DNA of 32,000 nt from Nitrososphaerota archaeon. GTDB lineage: Archaea > Thermoproteota > Nitrososphaeria > Nitrososphaerales > UBA57. Shown here in pieces: positions 25,483-32,000 of this stretch. The stretch covers positions 1 through 32,000 of the forward strand of contig VHBL01000004.1 in assembly GCA_016871995.1 (NCBI GenBank), written 5' to 3'. Made by a program: the position numbers and the translations under genes. The notes beneath the pieces were generated by a model. It had not been told where the DNA came from and did no database searches. It saw only the letters and a program-made list of their open reading frames with translations. Position 1 is the stretch's first letter. Each line of letters opens with the position of its first letter.

Positions 25483-26142
25483 TCATTTTGCCTCCGTTAC
25501 CAGCATCTTTGCTGGTTTTGACATCGAAAGCTTAACAAGAACCGATCGCATGTTTCCCTGCCCTCGGGGCAGCTTCTTTTCCAAGGCGCCTACCACTGCA
25601 AGTCCATTTTCTGCTATCTTGGCATCGGGCATGCCTTCTTCACCTATCTTTGTCGCAAAAGAGAGCTGCTGCCTCCCTTTTACCCTTGTGGCTGTCCTGT
25701 ACCTTGATATCAATGCATCGATGGGTGCATTTGGAGGTACTGGTGTGGGCATCTTCCCTCTTGGACCCAAAATCTGACCCAGCGACTTGCCTATCTTAGC
25801 CATGAGTGCAGTTTCCGCAAGGAAGAAATCGTGTTCTTTGGCCAGTTTCCTTGCTTGGCGTTTGTTAGCTGCCAACTTGTCTAACTCGTCGGAACTTATG
25901 ACCTTGTCGGCCTTTGCGCGCTGCGCTTTCAGTGCAAGGTCTCCACCAGCGAATACAGCAACCTTAGCAACCTTAGGAAGAGGATTTGGGAGAAAAACTA
26001 CCTCGTTTATGTTCAGATCCACTTTTTTGGCATCTATGTCTTTGAGGGTTACGAAGAGCTCTACTGACTGCGAAAATTTCTTCTTCTCGCTGGAGGAGCG
26101 GGTCTTTCCCACTAACTCTGTCAGATTACTGGCGGTAATCAA
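25483..26142 (-). CDS. rpl1: 50S ribosomal protein L1 (uL1)
   Basis: 219 aa with FSQSVELFVTLKDID and LGPRGKMPTPVPP. TTG start, with no in-frame ATG available. Confidence 0.95.
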   Translation of the reverse strand: MITASNLTELVGKTRSSSEKKKFSQSVELFVTLKDIDAKKVDLNINEVVFLPNPLPKVAKVAVFAGGDLALKAQRAKADKVISSDELDKLAANKRQARKLAKEHDFFLAETALMAKIGKSLGQILGPRGKMPTPVPPNAPIDALISRYRTATRVKGRQQLSFATKIGEEGMPDAKIAENGLAVVGALEKKLPRGQGNMRSVLVKLSMSKPAKMLVTEAK

Positions 26143-26213
26143 TTCATAGCAACCCTAATTGTAAATGTATTCGGTTCTCCATGATGTTTAGCCTGATTTT
26201 ATAAACCTTGAAC

Positions 26214-26699
26214 CTATTCTTTGAATGCTTTATCCCATTTACCTTCATCTATCTGGCTCAGCACTTCCCTTGGATCCTGATTCTCGACCTTTATGCCCAT
26301 GCTTACACATGAACCAACGACTTCCTTGGCCCCAGCCCTTTTTGTAAAGGCATATGACTGGTCTGACTTTAGCTTAGCTATCTTGACTACCTGCTCCATT
26401 GTAAGGTTCCCTACAAGGTTGGCCTTTGGCGTCCCAGAACCCTTAGGAACTCCTGCCTCCTTTGCTATTAACGCTGCTGCAGTAGGGACGCCTACCTCCA
26501 CATTAAACTGCTTGTTTGAAGTATCGACATTGATCTTTACTGGCACTCTCATCCCTGAATAGTCCTTTGTCTTCTCGTTGATTTCTTTGATTATCATCAT
26601 GACGTTGACTCCAAGAGGACCTAGTGCTGGCCCCAGAGGAGGTCCTGCAGTAGCTTCTCCTCCAACCACTAGTGCAGAAATTGTCTTCTGTTCTCCCAT
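26214..26699 (-). CDS. rpl11: 50S ribosomal protein L11 (uL11)
   Basis: 161 aa with GGEATAGPPLGPALGPLGVN. Confidence 0.95.
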   Translation of the reverse strand: MGEQKTISALVVGGEATAGPPLGPALGPLGVNVMMIIKEINEKTKDYSGMRVPVKINVDTSNKQFNVEVGVPTAAALIAKEAGVPKGSGTPKANLVGNLTMEQVVKIAKLKSDQSYAFTKRAGAKEVVGSCVSMGIKVENQDPREVLSQIDEGKWDKAFKE

Positions 26700-27166
26700 T
26701 ATGCTTTCGCCTTTGCCTTTTCAATCAACCTTAGCGAGTTGATATCGGTTGTAACGGGCATCTGGTAAGGGGCATCAAGCAGTATGAATGTAGCGTCATT
26801 CTTCTCGACCCTGCTGATCTTTGCTCGCATACCCTTGAAAGGCCCAGCAACAACCTCTACGATGTCGTCTCGCCCAAACTCTTGAGCAGAAACCTTAGGT
26901 GCTAGGAACTTCTGAATGTCCTCAAACATTATGTTACCCGGTATCTTGCTCTTGATATGCTTGAAGCCTACTATTGCATCATCTACCGCCTGCGCGTTTG
27001 GAGCTTCAAAGAATACGTAGCCTTTTTGATGTTCAAGAACCAAAATTGCATAGATAGACTTGCCTTTTAGTTGGGCCCTGCTTCCGACAAAGCTTGCCAC
27101 GCTCTTCTCTTGCCCTCCCGTCGTCTTTACGGCGTAAATTCTGCTCGGTACGACTAGCTCGCTCAT
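26699..27166 (-). CDS. spt5: Transcription elongation factor Spt5 (archaeal NusG)
   Basis: 155 aa. NGN domain (IYAVKTTGGQE..) plus a KOW motif (VEVVAGPFKGMRAKISRV). Position between secE and L11. Confidence 0.9.
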   Translation of the reverse strand: MSELVVPSRIYAVKTTGGQEKSVASFVGSRAQLKGKSIYAILVLEHQKGYVFFEAPNAQAVDDAIVGFKHIKSKIPGNIMFEDIQKFLAPKVSAQEFGRDDIVEVVAGPFKGMRAKISRVEKNDATFILLDAPYQMPVTTDINSLRLIEKAKAKA

Positions 27167-27172
27167 GCAGAT

Positions 27173-27349
27173 CTAACCCTGCAGTCTAAGAAGGGCTCCT
27201 AGAAGTTGTATGATATAACCCATAGTGCCCACTACGGCTACACCCAAAAGGGTCAATTTCATGTAGAGGAAGAACTCCTCCTTGTCTGACTTGTGGGCGA
27301 GCTTTAGCGTCTGCGCCATAGCTCGTAGAAATCCTCCCATGTCTGCCAT
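27173..27349 (-). CDS. secE: Protein translocase subunit SecE / Sec61-gamma
   Basis: 58-aa ORF translated by hand and absent from the track: MADMGGFLRAMAQTLKLAHKSDKEEFFLYMKLTLLGVAVVGTMGYIIQLLGALLRLQG. A single C-terminal TM and the conserved position upstream of spt5. Confidence 0.8.
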   Translation of the reverse strand: MADMGGFLRAMAQTLKLAHKSDKEEFFLYMKLTLLGVAVVGTMGYIIQLLGALLRLQG

Positions 27350-27465
27350 TTCAATTCTTCTCCAAAAGTGTGAACTGCCTTTAATATATCCTTTGCATCT
27401 ATTGCTTCCACTGCGTCGACATCTTCTTGCCCTTTGTGCGCATCTTCTTCCTTACTGACTTCCAT
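27304..27465 (-). CDS. Possible 53-aa acidic protein overlapping the secE start (speculative)
   Basis: Hand translation: MEVSKEEDAHKGQEDVDAVEAIDAKDILKAVHTFGEELKWQTWEDFYELWRRR. It overlaps secE by 46 nt in another frame. No recognisable family. Confidence 0.2.
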   Translation of the reverse strand: MEVSKEEDAHKGQEDVDAVEAIDAKDILKAVHTFGEELKWQTWEDFYELWRRR

Positions 27466-27676
27466 GACATCTCGGTTCTTGCAAGCAAGTATTCATGAGC
27501 TATTTATCCGATTGAGATTAGGGTTATTTGACCTCCGCATCTAACATATCTTATCAAATTCCAGCAGGGGGTACCCCTCTGGTTAGCTTCGAGTTTTCAG
27601 CTGCTAGTAAAGCTAATAGAAGTAATCAACCTTTAGCAACGCTTATCCGCTTGAAATCTTTACCTTAATACACTAA

Positions 27677-28933
27677 ATGGAAATTACAGCTCTGGGAGCT
27701 GCAAGGCAGGTTGGGCGCTCTGCATTTCTGCTCCACGGCAAAAGCACAAACGTTCTGTTGGATTTTGGTGTCCAAATGGAAAGGGAGCCAGTCTTTCCCA
27801 TTCATGTCCAGCCAAAAGACATCCATGGAATCCTGCTGAGCCACGCCCATCTTGACCATTCGGGAGCAGCACCGGTATTCTACCTTTCAGAAGGTGTCGA
27901 CCTGTATACTACTCCTCCAACCGCAGAGTTCACAAAGTTATTGATTGAAGATTTCATCAAAGTTTCAGGTTTTTACCTTCCCTTCGAATACATCGATCTC
28001 CTGACGATGTTCAAGAGAACACATTACGCTGATCTGTACGAAGTCTTCAAGATTGGAGAGTTTACCGTCCAGTTCCTTGACGCTGGGCACATACCGGGAA
28101 GCGCTTCAATGATCGTAGAAGCCGATGGTAAGAGGCTCCTCTATACTGGCGACATAAACGGAGCTCAAACGATGTTGCTTAACGGCGCTGACTATAATTT
28201 TGGAGAATTAGATGCTATAATTACTGAAAGCACTTACGCATTGTCAGACCACAAGCCAAGGCATGAGGTTGAGAAGGAGTTTGTCGATTTCGCAAAAGAG
28301 ATTGTAGAGGGAGGAGGAACATTACTGGTTCCAGCATTCTCCGTAGGGAGGGCTCAGGAAATTGCCTGCGCGTTAAGGGCTGCGAAGTTTCCTTATCCCG
28401 TAGCGATGGATGGAATGGCTCTGAAGGCAAATGAAATCCTGATGCGACATCAGGAATACCTCAAGGATCCAAAGGAGTTCAGGAGGACTCTGGAAAATAT
28501 TGACGTCATGGAGAACTGGCCACAGAGGAAGAGGATGGCAAAGACCCCATCCGTAATAATAGCACCTGCAGGGATGCTCGTTGGAGGATTGGCCGTGTTT
28601 TATAACGAAGAGATAGCAACCAAGGATAGAAATGGAATCGCGATAGTGGCATTTCAAATTCCTGGTACTCCGGGCAGAACATTGCTCGAAAAAGGAATCA
28701 CTCTTATCAGAGGGAAGCCGAAGAAGGTGAAAGCTCAGGTGAAGAGGTTCGACTTTTCATCTCACAGCGGAAGGAAAGAACTTTTTGAGATGCTGAAGGC
28801 GGTAAAGGGAAGCCCGAAGGTCATGGCTGTGCATGGAGAGGAGGAGTATTGCACAAAATTTGCTGCGGATGTAAAGGAGCATTTTGGCTTTGATGCTGTT
28901 GCTCCATCTGCAGGCGATGTGATTAAGATTTAG
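27677..28933 (+). CDS. Beta-CASP metallo-beta-lactamase-fold ribonuclease (aCPSF2-like, no KH domains)
   Basis: 418 aa. HAHLDHSG (HxHxDH), DAGHIPGSA, the ESTY region, and a C-terminal FSSHSG.. / VHGE motif layout. Confidence 0.85.
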   Translation: MEITALGAARQVGRSAFLLHGKSTNVLLDFGVQMEREPVFPIHVQPKDIHGILLSHAHLDHSGAAPVFYLSEGVDLYTTPPTAEFTKLLIEDFIKVSGFYLPFEYIDLLTMFKRTHYADLYEVFKIGEFTVQFLDAGHIPGSASMIVEADGKRLLYTGDINGAQTMLLNGADYNFGELDAIITESTYALSDHKPRHEVEKEFVDFAKEIVEGGGTLLVPAFSVGRAQEIACALRAAKFPYPVAMDGMALKANEILMRHQEYLKDPKEFRRTLENIDVMENWPQRKRMAKTPSVIIAPAGMLVGGLAVFYNEEIATKDRNGIAIVAFQIPGTPGRTLLEKGITLIRGKPKKVKAQVKRFDFSSHSGRKELFEMLKAVKGSPKVMAVHGEEEYCTKFAADVKEHFGFDAVAPSAGDVIKI

Positions 28934-29124
28934 TACTCTTCTACTTCCAGTTTGGATTCTTTTATCAGTGCTTCTGCCTCGTCTTTGCTTGCTATGTAAG
29001 TGTATAGAGTGTTCTTTGTCCTCAACTTTAGCTTCACCTTGTCGTCTTTCCTAACAACTTTTAGGAAGCTTGCGCTTGGAACTAGTTTCTTGAATTCGTC
29101 TGTTGAATTGATTTGCTTAGGCAT
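28930..29124 (-). CDS. rpl38e: 50S ribosomal protein L38e
   Basis: 64 aa. MPKQI..DEFKKL...A..LKVVRKDDKVKLKLRTKNTLYTYI..KDEAEAL aligns by eye with eukaryotic eL38 (MPRKIEEIKDFL..VKFKVRCSRYLYTLV..KEKAEKL). Confidence 0.75.
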   Translation of the reverse strand: MPKQINSTDEFKKLVPSASFLKVVRKDDKVKLKLRTKNTLYTYIASKDEAEALIKESKLEVEEY

Positions 29125-29420
29125 ATTCTAACGCAAAAAGAAACTGATACATCTACTTTGCGCTTTACTTGGAGGTCAAAACTGCACATCGGACATAATT
29201 CTGTTTTCTTGATTATAATGGAAAGGCGATGGCGAGGTTAAAAGAATAGAGTATGAATCTATGTATGGGTTTCCATGAGCTGTAAAGTAAATGTTACCCT
29301 GCATGGATGATTTTATAAACTCAGAATGAATACTACGATTATGCGTAAGACACCAGATTTACCTGTCCCTGTTCAAAGAGGGAGGAAACTCTTCTGGAAC
29401 CCCTAGGAGGTCGACCAACT

Positions 29421-29909
29421 ATGACAACCAAAACAGCAGAAACAAATACCAAACAGACGGCGGCCGCAAGCACAGTCAGGCTTCACCGGGTGCTCAAAGC
29501 GCCGCCAGAACGCATCTATAAGGCGATTCTTGACCCGGCCGCGAATTCCAAATGGCTCCCGCCGCATGGTTTTACATGCACGGTCCACCATCTTGATGCT
29601 AAAGTAGGCGGTACCTATAAGATGTCCTTCACGAACTTCTCCACCGGGAAAAGCCACTCCTTCGGTGGCAAGTACCTCGAGCTGAAGCCAAGCGAACGCA
29701 TTGTCGCGATCGACATGTTCGGCGATCCCAACCTCCGTGAGGAGATGCGGACCTCGTATACACTGACCAAAGTCTCCGTTGGCACGGAGGTGAACATCGT
29801 GCAGGAAAATATCCCAACGGTGATTCCACCAGAGGCCTGCTACCTTGGTTGGCAGGAGTCGCTGGAGCTTCTTGCGAAACTCGTCGAGTCTGAAATTCCC
29901 GATCAATAA
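29421..29909 (+). CDS. SRPBCC-superfamily protein (AHSA1/START-like)
   Basis: 162 aa. RVLKAPPERIYKAILDP.....W, GGTYKMSF and GKYLELKPSERIV are typical of bacterial Aha1-like SRPBCC proteins. AGGAGG at 29405-29410, 10 nt before the ATG. G+C- and CpG-rich. Confidence 0.75.
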   Translation: MTTKTAETNTKQTAAASTVRLHRVLKAPPERIYKAILDPAANSKWLPPHGFTCTVHHLDAKVGGTYKMSFTNFSTGKSHSFGGKYLELKPSERIVAIDMFGDPNLREEMRTSYTLTKVSVGTEVNIVQENIPTVIPPEACYLGWQESLELLAKLVESEIPDQ

Positions 29910-29982
29910 AGTGAAACAACGTGCAGGCTAGCAAGTCGCTCCAGCCACCGGCCCTTCCGCCGCTTCGCGGGCAAGGATAGAA

Positions 29983-30552
29983 ATGCAAAGTGTAAAAGAC
30001 ATGGAAGCAAAACAACGTGAAGAACTACTCAGAGCATTGAAAGCCCGTTTTGAGGAAAACATGTACCGCCATAAAGGTCTTGAATGGGCGAAAATACAAG
30101 CAAAGCTGGAAGCTAATACTGAAAAACTGCGGTCACTCGATGAAATGGAAAGAACTGGCGGTGAACCGGATGTTGTTGGTCATGATAAAAAGACGGGCGA
30201 ATACATTTTTTATGATTGTTCAGCGGAAAGTCCTAAAGGCCGCAGAAATGTCTGTTACGACCGTGAAGGGCAGGAGACGAGGGAAAAACAAGGGGTACGT
30301 CCAGGAGGTAACGCTATTGATATGGCAGCTGCCATGGGCATTGAGCTTTTAACGGAAGAACAATATCGAGAGTTGCAGAAACTTGGAAATTTCGATACGA
30401 AGACGTCGAGCTGGGTGAAAACACCTTCTGATATTCGAAAACTTGGCGGCGCCATCTTTGCTGATCGTCGCTATGGCAATGTCTTCGTGTATCATAACAG
30501 TGCACCCTCTTTCTATAGCGCTAGGGCGTTCCGTGGTTCGCTAAAGGTCTAA
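29983..30552 (+). CDS. DUF4256-like protein
   Basis: 189 aa. RFEENMYRH, MERTGGEPDVVG, YDCSAESPKGRR, FDTKTSSWVKTP and VFVYHN..SFYSARAFRGSL match my recollection of the bacterial DUF4256 family. Confidence 0.65.
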   Translation: MQSVKDMEAKQREELLRALKARFEENMYRHKGLEWAKIQAKLEANTEKLRSLDEMERTGGEPDVVGHDKKTGEYIFYDCSAESPKGRRNVCYDREGQETREKQGVRPGGNAIDMAAAMGIELLTEEQYRELQKLGNFDTKTSSWVKTPSDIRKLGGAIFADRRYGNVFVYHNSAPSFYSARAFRGSLKV

Positions 30553-30602
30553 ATTTGGACTTGGGTCAGGTTTTCCATGTCTCTTAACTATCCAATATCC
30601 AC

Positions 30603-31616
30603 TTATCCGTGCTTAACATATTCAGGATTCACAAGATACAGAGGTATCTTCCCAAGTAAAACATCTGCAAGGTTCTTTCCAGCGACCTCTCCCATCTTGT
30701 ACCTTGCGGCCTCCGCTGCACTTCCCATATGGGGCGTCAGCAATATATTCTTAAGAGTGAGTAGAGGGCTATTCTCAGGCAGAGGTTCCCGCTCAAAAAC
30801 GTCCAATGCTGCTCCTGCAATCCTTTTCTTTTTCAAAGCATTGTAAAGGGCATCTTCATCGACTATAGGCCCTCTAGCAGTATTTATCAAAAAGGCTGTC
30901 TTCTTCATCATGGCTAACCTCTTACCATCAATAAGATGATAGGTTTCTTTGCTGAGAGGTACATGAATTGAAAGGAAATCAGACTCTTTAAGCAGTTGAT
31001 CAAACGTTCTATTTTTCGCACCTATAATGCGCTCATCCAGCAATCTATGTCTGCTGTGATACAAAATTTCCATCCCAAATCCTGCAGCCCTCTTTGCAAC
31101 GGCTCTACCAATTCTTCCCATGCCGAGAATGCCTAGTTTCTTGCCTGCAAGATCGCTTCCAAGCATGAACTTCGGAGACCAAGCCTCCTTCCATCTTCTC
31201 TGCATCACCAAGTCATGCCCTTCTGCAATTCTTCTTGCAATGCCCAACAGCAGCGCAAATGTCAGGTCAGCAGTGGCATCAGTAAGGACATCAGGCGTAT
31301 TAGTTACCGCTATCCCCCTCTCGGTCGCTTCCTTAACATCGATATGATCATAGCCTACGCTGAACGTGCTTACTACCTGCAGGTTTTTAGCTGCCATAAG
31401 AATTTCTTTGTCTATTTTATCGGGGATCGAGCATAATATTCCGTGCTTGTCTCTGACGAGAGATTTCAACTCGCCGTAAGATAGGTTCTCGTCTTTTTCC
31501 CTGTAATTCAACTCGAACTGCTTCAGAGTTTCTTTTATTGGTCCCGGAAAGGTTCTTGTAACTAGAACCTTCTTAGCTGAGCTGCTTCTTGCCAAGGAAG
31601 ACCCCGGGCCTTCCAA
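30603..31616 (-). CDS. gyaR: D-2-hydroxyacid dehydrogenase (glyoxylate/hydroxypyruvate reductase-like)
   Basis: 337 aa. NAD-binding site GILGMGRIGRAVAKR, plus NTARG..VDE and TPHMGSA catalytic-region motifs. Its 5' end overlaps the purM 3' end by 44 nt (23 nt if the TTG at 31595 is used). Confidence 0.85.
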   Translation of the reverse strand: MEGPGSSLARSSSAKKVLVTRTFPGPIKETLKQFELNYREKDENLSYGELKSLVRDKHGILCSIPDKIDKEILMAAKNLQVVSTFSVGYDHIDVKEATERGIAVTNTPDVLTDATADLTFALLLGIARRIAEGHDLVMQRRWKEAWSPKFMLGSDLAGKKLGILGMGRIGRAVAKRAAGFGMEILYHSRHRLLDERIIGAKNRTFDQLLKESDFLSIHVPLSKETYHLIDGKRLAMMKKTAFLINTARGPIVDEDALYNALKKKRIAGAALDVFEREPLPENSPLLTLKNILLTPHMGSAAEAARYKMGEVAGKNLADVLLGKIPLYLVNPEYVKHG

Positions 31617-32000
31617 CGACTCTGCCTATAATAGAAGAATGCAGCCCCTTGTCGTGCAACGCTTTGATTATCCCGTTAGCCTCCGCTTTTGAGCTCACAA
31701 TGCAGAAGCCGACTCCCATGTTGAATGTCTTGTACATCTCCTCTTTCCTTATCTTCCCTTCCTCTTGTATGAAGGAGAATATCTCTTGGAGCTCTGGCAT
31801 CCTTTCTAGGCTGAAACCGATTGAACTGCTGGGTGATATTCTGGTTAATTTTGTAAATCCTCCTCCAGTTATGTGAGCAAGGCCTGCAACATTGAATTCT
31901 TCCATGAGCGAAACTATTTCCCTGCAGTAGATTCTAGTAGGCTTGAGCAGTTCGTCGCCAATCCTCAACTTTGAATTCGGTATCCTCCCATTGAGAGGAT
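31573..32000 (-). CDS. purM: Phosphoribosylformylglycinamidine cyclo-ligase (AIR synthase), C-terminal part; the 5' end lies outside the window
   Basis: LLKPTRIY, AHITGGGF.KL and FNMGVGF. The frame stays open upstream of the track's TTG to the window edge (..PLNGRIPNSKLRIGDE..). Confidence 0.85.
   Translation of the reverse strand, partial: PLNGRIPNSKLRIGDELLKPTRIYCREIVSLMEEFNVAGLAHITGGGFTKLTRISPSSSIGFSLERMPELQEIFSFIQEEGKIRKEEMYKTFNMGVGFCIVSSKAEANGIIKALHDKGLHSSIIGRVVGRPGVFLGKKQLS

Noticed and set aside
26503-26724. 73-aa alternative-frame minus-strand ORF within L11
   Set aside because: It lies entirely inside the conserved L11 coding frame, and its Arg/Ser-rich product has no recognisable family.
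29290-29370. Possible C/D-box sRNA (GGATGATT .. CAGA .. ATGAATA .. CAGA) upstream of the bacterial-type islet
   Set aside because: All the boxes are degenerate (no RUGAUGA, no CUGA), and the guide spacings of about 10 and about 21 nt do not fit the ~12-nt rule.
29403-30015. Minus-strand ORFs of 167 aa and 128 aa (29403-29906, 29629-30015)
   Set aside because: They are Arg/Gly/Cys-rich antisense frames opened by the high G+C of the SRPBCC gene. The plus-strand protein has clear family motifs and a Shine-Dalgarno.
1-32000. CRISPR arrays, rRNA genes or IS elements with terminal inverted repeats
   Set aside because: Reading both strands found no regularly spaced repeats of 24-40 nt, no rRNA-like conserved blocks and no transposase-like ORFs. 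The only tandem or direct repeats are the short ones reported.

Overview
This is an archaeal chromosomal segment. The unsplit rpoA, the presence of L38e and a cupredoxin-linked haem-copper oxidase suggest a Nitrososphaeria/Thaumarchaeota-like lineage; that placement is inference only. Most of the window is conserved core. It holds the rpoH-rpoB-rpoA-L30e-nusA-S12-S7 operon, aIF-1A, and a terminal oxidase cluster (coxB, fused coxA/C, a subunit IV-like protein, a blue-copper protein and two unknown membrane proteins) with divergent ctaA-ctaB. It also holds secE-spt5-L11-L1-P0 with a convergently oriented P1 gene, a beta-CASP RNase, L38e, a 2-hydroxyacid dehydrogenase and the 3' part of purM. Accessory DNA sits at the left end (1-7000). 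A tyrosine integrase abuts the 3' end of a tRNA-Gln(CUG) gene that appears to carry three BHB-type introns, and its cargo includes PD-(D/E)xK-like and PIN-like genes. To the right lie a leaderless orphan solute-binding protein, tRNA-Val(CAC), a Cas4-like nuclease, and an N6-adenine-methylase-like gene that lacks an NPPY motif and is split over two frames. A second small islet (29.4-30.6 kb) carries two bacterial-type genes (SRPBCC, DUF4256-like) with different composition and a strong Shine-Dalgarno. I found no rRNA genes and no CRISPR array. The best candidates for something undescribed are the Cas4-like/degenerate-methylase module, the integrase cargo pair, and the Cys-motif membrane proteins in the oxidase cluster. 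None can be confirmed without database searches, and all family assignments come from motif recognition by eye.
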